Shown piece after piece: positions 32,501-48,900 of a DNA stretch of 64,000 bases. The position numbers and the translations under genes are program-made. Every line of letters begins with the position of its first letter. The stretch's first letter is position 1. A model generated the notes under the pieces. The model was not told the DNA's origin and searched no databases. It saw nothing but the letters and a program-made list of their open reading frames with translations. Origin of the DNA: the human T2T-CHM13v2.0 reference genome, Homo sapiens; the NCBI RefSeq assembly GCF_009914755.1, contig NC_060937.1; one strand, 5' to 3'.

Positions 32501-35500
32501 TTCATCTCATAGTGTTGAAATTTTCTTTTGATTGAGCAATTCTGAAATGCTGTTTTCATAGAATCTGCAAGTGGATATTTAGAGCGCTTTGAAGCCTACT
32601 GTGGAAGAACAAATATCTTCACATAAGAACTGCACTGAGGCATTCTGAGAAACTTCTTCATGATGTGTGCATTCAACTCACATAGTTGAACCTATCTTTT
32701 GATTGGGCAGTATTGGATCTCTCTTCGTAGAATCTGCAATTGGATATTTGGTGCCCTTTGTGGCCTATGAATGAAAAGGAAATATCTTAAAAGAAAAGGT
32801 ACACAGAAGCATTCAGAGAAACTTCTTCATGATGTGTGCATTCATCTCACAGAGGTGAACCTTTCATTTGATTGAGCAGTTTTGAAACACTCTCTTTGTA
32901 GAATCTGTAAGTGGATACTTGGAGCCTTTTGAGGCCTACTGTGGAAAAGGAAATATCTTCACATAAAAACTACACAGAAGATTTCTGGGAAACTTCCCTG
33001 GGATATGTGCATTCCTCTCACAGAGTTGAACATTTCTTTTGATTGAGCAGTTTGGAAACACTCTTTTTGAACCGTCTGCAAGTGGATATTTGGAGTAATT
33101 GAGGCCTACTCTGAAGAAGAAAATATCTTCACATAAAATCAACACAGAGGCATTCTGAGAAACTTCTATGAGATGTGTGCCTTCATCTCACAGAGTTGAA
33201 CATTTCTTTTGATTGAGCAGTTTTGAAACAATCTTTTTGTAGGATCTGCAAGCAGATATTTGGAGCCCTTTGTGGCCTAAAGTGGAAAAGGAAATATCTT
33301 CAAATAAAAACTACACAGAAGCATTCTGAGGAACTTCTTTGTTATGTGTGCATTCAACTCACAGAGTTGAAATTATCTTATGATTCAGCAGTTTTGAAAC
33401 ACTGTTTTTGTAGAATCTTCAAATGGATATTTGGAGCGTTTTGAGGCCTACTGTGGAAAAGCAAATATCTTCACATAAAAACTTCACAGAAGAATTCTGG
33501 GAAACTTCTTTGTGATGTCTGCATTCATCTCACACAGCTGAACCTGTCTTATGATAGAGCAGTATTGAAACAATCTTTTTGTAGAATCCACAAGTGGATA
33601 TTTGGAGTGTTTTGAGACCTATTTTGGAAAACAAAATATCTTAACATAAAAACTACACAAAAGTAACCTGATAAACTTATTTGTGATGTGTGCATTTATC
33701 TCAGAGATTTGAAACTATCTTATGATTTAGCAGTTATGAAACACTCTATTTGTAGAATCTGCAAGTGGATATTTGGGGCCTTTTGAGGACTATTGTGGAA
33801 AAGGAAATATCTTCACATAAAAACAACACAGAAGCATTCTGAGAAACTTCTTTGTGATGGGTGCATTCATCTCACAGGGTTGAACCTATTTTATAATTCA
33901 GCAGTTTTGAAATACTCTATTTGTAGAATATGCAAGTGGATATTTGGAGCGCTTTGAGGCCAACAGTTGAACAGCAAATATATTTACATAAAAACTACAC
34001 AGAAGCATTCTGAGAAACTTCTTTGTGATGTGTTCATTCATCTTACAGAGTTGAACCTTTCTTTTGATTGAGCAGTTTTGAAACACTCTTTGTGTAGAAT
34101 CTGCATTTGGATATTTGGAGAACTTTGATGCATATTGTGGAAAAGGAAATATCTTCAAATAAAAACTACACAGTAGCATTCTGATAAACTTCTTTGTGAA
34201 TTGTGAATTCCTCTCACAGAGTTTAACCTATGTTTTGTTTGAGCAGTTTTTAATCTCTTTTTGTAGAATCTGAAAGTGGATATACAGAGTGCTTTGAGGC
34301 CTATTGTGGAAAAGGAAATATCTTCACATAAAAATTTCACAGAAGCATTCTGAGAAACTACTGTGTGATGAGTGTATTCATCACACAGGATGAACGTGTC
34401 TTTTGATTGAGCAGTATTGAAACACTGTTTTTGTATATTCTGCAAGTGGATATTTGGAACGCTTTGAGGCCTATTGTGGAAAAGAAAATATCTTCACTTA
34501 AAGACCACACAGAAGCATTCTGAGAAACTTCTTTGTGATGTGTACATTCAACTCACCGATGTGAATCTATCTTTTGATTAGCAGTTTTGAAACTCTCTTT
34601 TTGTAGTATCTGCAGTTGTATATTTGGAGCCTTTGAGACCTATGATGGAAAAAGAAATGCCTTCATATGAAAACTACACAGAAGTATTCTGAGAAACTCC
34701 TTTGTGATGTGTGCATTCAACTCACAGATTTGAACCTATCATTTGATTGAGCCATTTTGAAACTTTTTCTATTATCTGCAAGTGAATATTTCTAGCCTTT
34801 TGTGGCCTATTTTGGAAAAGGACATGCCTTCACATAAAAAACAAACAGAAGTATTCTGAGAAACTTCTTTGTGATGTGAGCATTCATCTCACAGAGATGA
34901 ACCTTTCTTTTGATTGAGCAGTTTTGAAAGAATCTTTTTGAAGTATCTGCAAGTGAATATTTGGAGCACTTTGAGGCCTAATGTGTGGAAGAAATATCTT
35001 CACATAAAAACTACATAGAAGCTTTCTGAGAAACTTCTCTGTGATGTGTGCATTCAACTCATGGAGTTGAACCTATTTTTTCATTGAACAGTTTTGAAAC
35101 TCTTTTTGTAGAATCTGCAAGTGGATATTTGGAGCCATTTGTGGCCTATGGTGGAAATGGGAATATCTTCAACTAAAAACTACACAGAAGCATTCTGAGA
35201 AACTTCGTGGTGATGTGTGCATTCATCTCACAGAGATGAATCTTTCTTTTTCATTTAGCAGTTTTTAAACACTCTGTTTGTAGAATCTGCAAGTGGATAA
35301 TTGGAGCACTTTGAGGCAAATAGTTGAAAAGAAAATATCTTCACATGAAATCTACACAGAAGCATTCCGAGAAACCTCTTCGTGAAGTGTGCTTTCATCT
35401 CACAGAGTTGAACCTTTCTTTTGATTGAGCAGTTTTGAAAAACTCTTTTTGTAGAATCTGCAAGTTGATATTTGGAGCGCTTAGGTTCCTATTGTGGAAA

Positions 35501-36762
35501 AGGAAATATCTTCACATAAAAGCTGCACAGAATCATTCTAAGAAAGTTCTGTGTGATGTGTGCATTCATCTCACAGTGTTGAACTTTTCTTTTCATTCAG
35601 CAGTTTTGAAACTTTCTTTTTGTAGAATCTGCAGGTGGATATTTGGAGCTCTTTGAGTCCTATGGTGGAAATGGAAATATCTTCACATAAAAACTACACA
35701 GAAGCATTATGAGAAACATCTTTGTTAACACAGAAGCATTCTGAGAAACATATTTGTTAAGTGTGCATTAAACTAACAGAGTTGAAACTATCTTTCGATT
35801 GAGCAGTTTTGAATGTCACTTTTTGTAGAATCTGCAAGAGGATATTTGGAGCCCTTTGCGGCCTACAGTGGAAAAGGACATACCTTCACATAAAAACTAC
35901 AAAAAAGATTTCTGAGGACATTCTTTGTCATGTGTGCCTTCATCTCACGGAGTTGAACCTTTCTTTTGATTGAGCAGTTTGGAAACACTTTTTTTGTAGT
36001 ATCTAAAGTGGATGATTGGATCGCTTTGAGGCCTATGGTGGAAAAGGAAATATCTTCACATGAGAACTACACAGAAGCATTCTGAGAAACTTCTCTGCAA
36101 TGTGTGCATTCAACTCACAAGTTTGAACCTATCTTTTGATTCAGCAATTTTGAAACTCTCTTTTTGTAGAATCCGCAAGTGGATATTTGGAACTATTTGC
36201 TACCTATTGTGGAAAAGGAGATATCTTCACATAAAAACTACAGAGAAGCATTCTGAGAAACTTCTTTGTGATTTGTGCATTCATCTCACAGAGTTGAACC
36301 TTTCTTTTGATTAAGCAGTTATGAAACAGTCTTTTTAAAGGATCAGCAAGTGGATATTTGGAGGACTTTTAGGCCTATTGTGTAAAAGGAGATATCTTCA
36401 CATAAAAACTAAGCAGAACCATTCTGAGAAACTACTTTGCAATGTGTGCATTCATCTCACAGAGTTGAAACTTTCTTTTGATTGAGCAGTTTGGAAACAC
36501 TCACTTTGTAGAATCTGCAAGTGGATATTTGGAGCGCTTTGTGGCCTATGGTGGAAATGGGTATACCTTCACATAAAAACTATGTGGAAGTATTCAGAGA
36601 AACTTCTTTGTGATGTGTGCATACAACTCACAGAGTTGAAACTTTCGTTTGGTTGAGCAGTTTTGAAACTCTCTTTTTGTAGAATCTGCAAGTGGATATT
36701 TGGAGCCCTTTGTGGCCTATGGTGGAAAGGGAAATATTTTCACATAAAAACTACACAGAAGC
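29501..36762 (+). repeat. Alpha satellite, forward, layer type 2 (AAAACTACACAGAAGCATTCTG, GTGGATATTTGG)
   Basis: ~171-bp divergent units with the same diagnostics as 5501-13845. Confidence 0.95.
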
Positions 36763-36785
36763 CAACTGGCAAATGAGGTGGCAGT

Positions 36786-36795
36786 CAAGATGGCC
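36786..36795 (+). promoter_or_regulatory. YY1 site of the L1 5'UTR internal promoter
   Basis: CAAGATGGCC at the canonical position just inside the L1 5' end. The rest of the UTR is CpG-depleted. Confidence 0.75.
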
Positions 36796-37011
36796 AAATA
36801 GGAACAGCTCTGTTCTACAGCTCCCAGCATGAGTGACACAGAAGATGAATGATTTCCTCATTTCCATCTGAGATACCTGGTTCATCTCACTAGGGAGTGC
36901 CAGACAGTTGGCGCAGGATAGTGGGTGCAGCGCACCATGTGTGGGCAGAAGCAGAGTGAGGCATTTCCTCACTTGGGAAGTGCAAGTGGTTAGGGAGTTC
37001 CCTTTCCTAGT

Positions 37012-37227
37012 CAAATAAAGGGGCGACAGACGGCACCTGGGAAATCCAGTCACTCCCACACTAATACTGTACTTTTTCAATGGGCTTAAAAAATGGCGCA
37101 CCAGGAGATTATATCCCACACCTTGCTTGGAGGGTCCTATGTCCACGGTGTCTCACTGATTGCTAGCACAGCAGTCTGTGATCAAACTAAAAGGTGGCAG
37201 TGAAGCTGGGGGTGGGGCACCCCCCAT
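37012..37227 (-). pseudogene. L1 antisense ORF0, interrupted by a stop at codon 25
   Basis: The minus strand from 37227 reads MGGAPPPASLPPFSLITDCCASNQ* (TGA at 37155-37153) and then continues DTVDIGPSKQGVGYNLLVRHFLS, homologous to primate ORF0. The end coordinate is approximate. Confidence 0.75.
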
Positions 37228-37810
37228 TGCCCAGGCTTGCTTAGGTAAACAAAGCTGCTGGAAAGCTCGAAGTAGGTGTAGCCCACCACAGCTCTAGGAG
37301 ACCTGCCTTCCTCTGTAGGCTCCACCTCTGGGGGCAGGGCACAGACAAACAAAAAGACAGCAGTAACCTCTGCAGACTTAAATGTCCCTGTCTGACAGCT
37401 TTGAAGAGAGCAGTGGTTCTCCCAGCACACAGCTGGAGATCTGAGAATGGGCAGACTGCCTCCTCAAGTGGGTACCTGACCCCTGGACCCCGAGCAGCCT
37501 AACTGGGAGACACCCCTCAGTAGGGGCAGACTGACACCTCACATGGCCGGGTAGTCCTCTGAGACAAAATTTCCAGAGCAAAGATCAGACAGCAGCATTC
37601 GTGGTTCATGAAAATCCGCTGTTCTGCAGTCACAGCTGCTGATATCCAGGCAAACAGGATCTGGAGTGGACCTCCAGCAAACTCCAACAGACCTGCAGCT
37701 GAGGGTCCTGTCTTTTAGAAGGAAAACTAACAAACAGAAAGGACATCCACACCAAAAACCCATCTGTATATCACCACCATAAAAGACCAAAAGTAGATAA
37801 AACCACAATG

Positions 37811-38825
37811 ATGGGGAAAAAACAGAGCAGAAAAACTAGAAACTCTAAAAACAGAGTGCCTCTCCTCCTCCAAAGGAATGCAGTTCCTCATAAGAAATGG
37901 AACAAAGCTGGATGGAGAATGACTTTGACGAGTTGAGAGAAGAAGGCTTCAGACAATCAAATTACTCGGAGCTACAGGAGGAAATTCAAACCAAAGGCAA
38001 AGAAGTTAAAAACATTGAAAAAATTTAGATGAATGTATAACTAGAATAACCAACACAGAGAAGTGCTTAAAGGAGCTGATGGAGCTGAAAGCCAAGGCTC
38101 CAGAACTACATGAAAAATGCAGAAGCCTCAGGAGCAGATGCGATCAACTGGAAGAAAAGGTATCAGTGATGGAAGTTGAAATAAATGAAATAAAGTGAGA
38201 AGGGAAGTTTAGAGAAAAAAGAATAAAAAGAAATGAACAAAGACTGCAAGAAATATGGGACTATGTGAAAAGACCAAATCTACGTCTGATTGGTGTACCT
38301 GAAAGTGATGTGGAGAATGGAACCAAGTTGGAAAACACTCTGCAGGATATTATCCAGGAGAACTTCCCCAATCTATCAAGGCAGGCCAACATTCAGATTC
38401 AGAAAATACAGAGAATGCCACAAAGATACTCCTCGAGAAGAGCAACTCCAAGACAAATAATTGTCAGATTCACCAAAGTTGAAATAAAGGAAAAAATGTT
38501 AAGGGCAGCCAGAGAGAAAGGTGGTGTTACCCTCAAAGGGAAGCCCATCAGACTAACAGCAGATCTCTTGGCAGAAACTCTACAAGCCAGATGAGAGTGT
38601 GGGCCAATATTCAACATTTTTAAAGAAAAGAATTTTCAACCCAGAATTTCATATCCAGCCAAACTAAGCTTCATAAGTGAAGGAGAAATAAAATACTTTA
38701 CAGACAATCAAATGCTGAGAGATTGTGTCACCACCAGGCCTGCCCTAAAAGAGCTCCTGAAGGAAGAACTAAACATGGAAAGAAACAACCAGTACCAGCC
38801 AGTGCAAAATCATGCCAAATTGTAA
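37811..38825 (+). pseudogene. L1 ORF1p, disrupted by frameshifts and stops
   Basis: ATGGGGAAAAAACAGAGCAG at 37811, fragment KRPNLRLIGVPESDVENGTKLENTLQDIIQENFPNL, and ending CATGCCAAATTGTAA at 38825. Confidence 0.93.
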
Positions 38826-38888
38826 AGTCCACTGTGGCTAGTAAGAAACTGCATCAACTAACGAGCAAAATAACCAAAAAACATCATA

Positions 38889-42713
<3,825 letters not shown>

Positions 42714-42944
42714 GCGATGAGAACACATGGACACAGGAAGGGGAACATCACACTCTGGGGACTGATGTGGGGTGGGGGTAGGGGGGAGGGAGAGCATTAG
42801 GAGATATACCTAATGCTAAATGACGAGTTAATGGATGCAGCACACCAACATGGCACATGTACACATATGTAACTAACCTGCACAATGTGCACATGTACCC
42901 TAAAACTTAAAGTATAATAATAATAAAATAAATTAAATTTAAAA

Positions 42945-45900
42945 AAAAACTACACAGCAGTACTCTGAGAAACTTCTTTGCGATGAATGCATGCAACTCT
43001 CAGAGTTGAACATATCTTTTGATTGAACAGTTTTGAAAATATATTTTTGTAGAATCTGGAAGTGGATATATGGAGCCCTTTGCGGCCTATAGTGCAAAAG
43101 GAAACATCTTCACATAAAACCTACACAGAAGCGTTCTGAGAAATTTCTTGGTGATGTGTGCATTCATCTCACAGAGTTGAATATTTCTTTTGATTGTGCA
43201 GCTTGAAATACTGTTTTTGTGGAATCTGCAAGTGGATACTTGGAGTGTTATGTGGCCTATTGTGGAAAACGAAATACCGTCACATAAAAACTTCACGGAA
43301 GCATTCTGAGAAACTTCTTTGTTATATGTGTATTCAACTCACAGAGTTGAACCTGTCTTTTTAAAGAGCAATTTTGAAACTGTCTTTTTGTAGAATCTGC
43401 AAGTGGATATATGGAGCCCTTTGTGACCTATGGTGTAAAAGGAAATATCTTCACAAAAAAACTACACAGAAGCATTCTGAGAAACTTCTCTGTGAAGGGT
43501 TCATTCATCTCACAGACTTGAACCTTTCTTTTGATTGAGCAGTTTGGAAACTTTTTTTTGTAGAATCAGTAAGTGGATATTTGGAACGCTTAGGGGACTA
43601 TTGTGGAAAAGGAAATATCTTCACATAAAAACTACACAGAAGCATTCTGAGAAGCTTCTTTGCGATGTGTGCATTCATCTGACAGAGTTGAAACTTTCTT
43701 TAAGCAGTTTGGAAACACTCTTTTTGTAGAATCTGCAAGTGGATATTTGGAGCCCTTTGAGGCTTATGGTGGAAAAGGAAATATCTTCAGATAAACACTA
43801 CACAGGAGCATTCTGAAAAACTGCTTTGTGATGTGTGCATTCATCTCACAGAGTTGAATTTTTCTTTTGATTGAGCAGTTTTGAAACGCCCTTTTCGTGG
43901 AATGTGAAAGTGGATATTTGGAGGGTTTTGAGGCCTACGGTGGAAAAGGAAATATCTTCACATAAAAACTACAAAGAAGGATTCTGAGAAACTTATTTGT
44001 GATGTGTGCAATCAACTCACAGACTTGAACATATCTTTGGATTGAGCAGCTTTGAAACTGTCTTTTTGTGCAATCTGCAAGTGGATATTTTGAGCCCTTT
44101 GTGGCCTATGGTGAAAAAGGAAATATCTTCAGATAAAAACTACAAAGAAGCATTCTGAGAAACTTCTTTGTGATGTGTACATTCATCTCACAGAATAGGA
44201 ACTTTCTTTTGATTGAGCAGTTATGAAATACCCTTTTTGTAGAATGATCATGTGGATATTTTGAGGGCTTTGAGGCCTACTGTGGAGAAGTTAATATCTT
44301 CACATCAAAACTACTCAGAATCATTCTGAGAAACTTCTTTGCGATGTGCGAATTCATCTGACTGACTTCAACCTTTCTTTTGTTTGGGCAGTTTAGAAAC
44401 ACTCTTTTTATAGAATCTGCAAGTGAATATTTGGAGGGAATTGAGGCCTATGGCTGAAAAGGAAATATCTTTACATAAAAACTACACAAAAGCATTCTGA
44501 GAAACTTCTTTGTGATGTGTGCATTCAAATCACAGAGCTAAACCTATCTTTTGATTGACCAGTTTTGAAACTCTCTTTTGTAGAATCTGCAAGTGGATAT
44601 TTGGAGTGCTTTGAGGCCTATTGTGGAAAAGAAAATATCCTCACATAAAAACTACACAGAAGCATTCTGAGAAACTTCTTTGTGATGTGTGCATTCATCT
44701 CAAGGAGTTGAACGTTTCTTTTGATTGTGCAGCTTGGAAACACTGTTTTTGTAGAATCCGCAAGTGGATATTTGGAGTGCTATGTGGCCTATGATGGAAA
44801 AGGAAATATCTTCACGTAAAAACTTCACAGAAGCATTCTGAGAAACTTCTTTGTTATGTTTGTATTCAAGTCACATAGTTGAACCTATCTTTTGATACAG
44901 CAGTTTTGAAACTCTCTTTTTGTAGAATCTGCAAGTGGATATTGGGAACCCTTTGCAGCCTATGGTGTAAAAGGAAATATCCTCACATAAAAACTACACA
45001 GAAGCATCCTGAGAAACTTCTTTGTGATGTGTGCATTCATCTCACAGAGTTGAACTTTTCTTTTGATTGTGCAGTTTGGAAACACTCCTTTTGTAGAATC
45101 TGTACGTGGATATTTGGAGGGTTTTGAGTCCTACGGTGGTAAAGAAAATGTCGTCACATGAAAAATACACAGAGGCATTCTGAGAAACTTCTTTGTGACG
45201 TGTGGATTCATCTCCCAGAGTTGAACCTATCGTTTGATTAAGAAGTTTTGAAACTCTCTTTTTGTAGAACCTGCAAGTGGATATTTGGAGCCATTTGCAG
45301 CCTCTGGTGTAAAAGGAAATATCTTCACTTTAAAACTACACAGAAACATTCTGAGAAACTTCTTTGTGACGTGTGCATTCATCTCACAGATTTGAAATTT
45401 TCTGTTGATTCAGCAGTTTTGAGACACTTTTTTTTTGTAGAATCTGCAGTTGGATATTTGGAGCGCTTTAAGGCCTATTGTGGAAAAGGAAATATCTCCA
45501 CATAAAAACTATACAGAAACATTCTGAGAAACTTCTATGCGATGTGTGCATTCATCTGACAGAGTTGAACCTTTCTTTAGTTTGAGCAGTTTGGAAACAC
45601 TCTTTTTGTAGAATCTGCAATTTAATACTTGGAGCACTTTGAAGACTACAGTGGAAAAGGAAATACCTTCACATAAAAACTACACAAAACTATTGTGACA
45701 AGCTTCTTTGTGGTGTGTGCATTCAACTCACAGGGTTGAACCTATCTTTTGATTGACCAGTTTTGAGACTCTCTTTTTGTAGAATCTGCAAGTGAATATT
45801 AGGAAATCCTTGTAGCCTATGGTGGAAAAGGAAATATCTTCACATAAAAACTACACAGAAGCATTCTGAGAAACTTCTTTGTAATGTGAGCATTCATCTC

Positions 45901-48900
45901 ACAGATTTGCACCTTTATTTGATTGAGCAGTTTGAAACTCTCTTTTTCTGTAATCCGCCAGTGTATATTTGGAGCATTTTGTGGCCTATGGTAGAAAAGG
46001 AAATATCTTCTCATAAAAAGTACACAGAAGCATTCTGAGAAACTTCTCTGTGATGTATTCATTCTACTCACAGAGTTGAACCTATTTTTTGATTGAGCAG
46101 TTTTGTAATTATCTTTTTCAATAATCTGCAAGTGGATATTGGGAGTCCTTTGTGGCCTAATAAGGAAAAGGAAGTATCTTCACACAAAAACTACACAGAA
46201 GAATTTTGAGAAACTTCTTTGTGATGTGTGCATTCATCTCAGAGTGTTCAACGTTTCTTTTGATTGAGTCGTTTGGAAACACTCTTTTTGCAGAATGTGC
46301 AAGTTGATATTTGTAGCGCTTTGAGGCCTCCAGTGGAAAAGGAAATATCTTCACATAAAAACTACACAGAAGCATTCTGAGAAATTTCTCTGTGATCTGT
46401 GCATTCAACTCACAGGGTTGAATCTATCTTTTGATTGACCAGTTTTGAGTCTCTCTTTCTGTGGAATCTGCAAGTGGATATTTAAAGCCCTTTGTGGCCT
46501 ATGGTGGAAAAAGAAATATCATCACATAAAAACTACACAGAAGCATTCTGAGAAAGTTTTTGTGATGTGTGCATTCATCTCACGGAGTTGAGCCTATCTT
46601 TTGATTGGGCAGTTTTGAAACTCTCTTTTTGAAGAATCTGGAATGAGTATTTGGAGGCCTTTGTGGCATATGGTGCAAAAGGAAATATCTTCACATAAAA
46701 ACTACACAGAAGCATTCTGAGAAACTTCTCTGTGATGTGTGCATTCAACTCACAGAGTTGAAGCTACCTTTGATTGAACAGTTTTGAATCTCTCTTTTTG
46801 TAGAATCTGCAAGTGGAAGTTTGGAGCCCTTTGCGGCCAATGGTGGAAAAGGAGATATCTTCAAATGAAAACTACACAGAAATATTCTGAGAAACTTCCT
46901 GTTGTGTGCATTCATCTCACACACTTGAACCTATCTTTTGATTGAGCAGTTTTGAAACCCTCTGTTTGTAGAATCTGAAAGTGGATATCTGGAGCGCTTT
47001 GGTGCCTATTGTGGGAAAGGAAATATCATCACAAAAAAACTACACGGAAACATTCTGAGAAACTTCTTTGTGATGTATGCATTCATCTCACAGAGTTGAA
47101 CCTTTCTGTCGATTCAGCAGTTTTCACATTCTTTTTGTAGAATCTGCAAGTGGATATTTGGAGCGCTTTGAGGCCTATGGTGGAAAAGGAAATATCTTCA
47201 CAGAAAAATTACACAGAAGCATTCTGAGGAAGTTCTTTGTGATGTGTGCATTCATCTGTCAAAGTTGAACATTTCTTTTGTTTGAGCAGTTTGGGATCAC
47301 TCTTTTTGTAGAATCTGCAAGTGGATATTTGGAGCATTTTGGAGTCTATGGTGTAAAAGTAAATATCTACACATAAAAACTACACAGAAGAATTCTGAGA
47401 AAATTCTTTGTGATGTGTGCATTCTTCTCACAGAGTTGAATCCATCTTATCATTGAGCAGTTTTGAGACACTCTTTTTGTAGAAACTGCAAGTGGATATT
47501 TGGAGTGCTTTGAGGTCTATTGAATAAAAGAAGCTATCTTCATATAAAAACTACACAGAATCATTCTGAGAAACTTCATTGTGATGAGTGCATTCATAAC
47601 ACAGAGTTAAACCTATTTTTGATTCAGTAGTTTTGAATCTCTCTTTTTGTATAATCTGCAAGTAGATATTTGGAGCCCTTTTCAGCCTATGGAGGAAAAG
47701 GAAGTATCTTGAAATAAAAACTACATGGAAGCATTCTGAGAATCTTCTTTGTGATGTGTGCATTCATCCCACAGTGTTGAACCTTTCTTTTGGTAGAGCA
47801 GTTTTCAAACACTGTTTTTGAAAAATCTGCAAGAGGATATTTTGAGCTCTTTGAGGCCTATTGTGGACAAGTAAATATGTTCACATACAAACTATAAAGA
47901 GGCATTCTGAGTAACTTCATTTGATGTGTAAATTCACTGAACAGAGATGAACCTATCTTATGATTGAGCAGTTTTGAAACACTCTCTTTGTATAATCTTC
48001 CAGTTGATATTTGAAGCGCTTTGAGGTCTATTGTGGAAAAGAAATATCTTCACATAAAAAGTGCATAGAAGCATTCTGATAATCTTCTTTGTGATGTGTG
48101 CATTCATCTCACAGAGTTGAACCTTTCTTTTGTTAGAGCAGTTTTGAAACACGGTTTTTGTAAAATCTGCAAGAGGATATTTTGAGCGCTTTGATGCCTA
48201 TTGTGGAAAAGTAAATATTTCCACACAAAACCTATGCAGAGGCATTCTGAGTAACTTCTTTGTGATGTGTGCATTCATCTCACAGAGTTGAACCTTTCTT
48301 TTGATTGAGCAGTTTTGAAACACTCTTTCTGTAGAATCTGCAAGTGGATATTTTGAACACTTTGAGGACTACAGTGGAAAAGGAAATATCTTCACATAAA
48401 AACTACACAGAAGCATTCTGAGAAACTTCTTCATCATGTGAGCATTCAACACACAGAGTTGAACCTATCTTTTCATAGAGCAGTTTTGAATCTCTCTTTT
48501 TGTAGAATCTACAAGAGGATATTTGGATACCTTTGCAGCCTATAGAGGAAAAGGAAATATCTTCAAATAAACACTACACAGGAGGATTCTAAGAAACTTC
48601 TTTATGATATGTGCATTCATTTGACATAGTTGAATCTTTCTTTTGATTGAGCAGTTTTGAAACTCAGTTTTTGTAGAATCTGCAAGTGGATATTTGGAGC
48701 CATTTGAGGCCTACTGTGGAAAAACAAATATCTTCACATAAAAACCACACAGAGGCATTCTGAGAAACTTCTTTGTGATGTGTGCATTCATCTCACAGTG
48801 TTGAAATTTTCTTTTGATTGAGCAGTTTTGGTTCTCTCTTTTTCTAGAATCTGGAAGTGGATATTTGGAGCCTCTTGCGGTCTATGGAGGCAAAGGAAAT

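Noticed and set aside
42757-42790. G-quadruplex-forming G-run cluster
   Set aside because: It is an ordinary feature of the L1PA 3'UTR, not specific to this locus.
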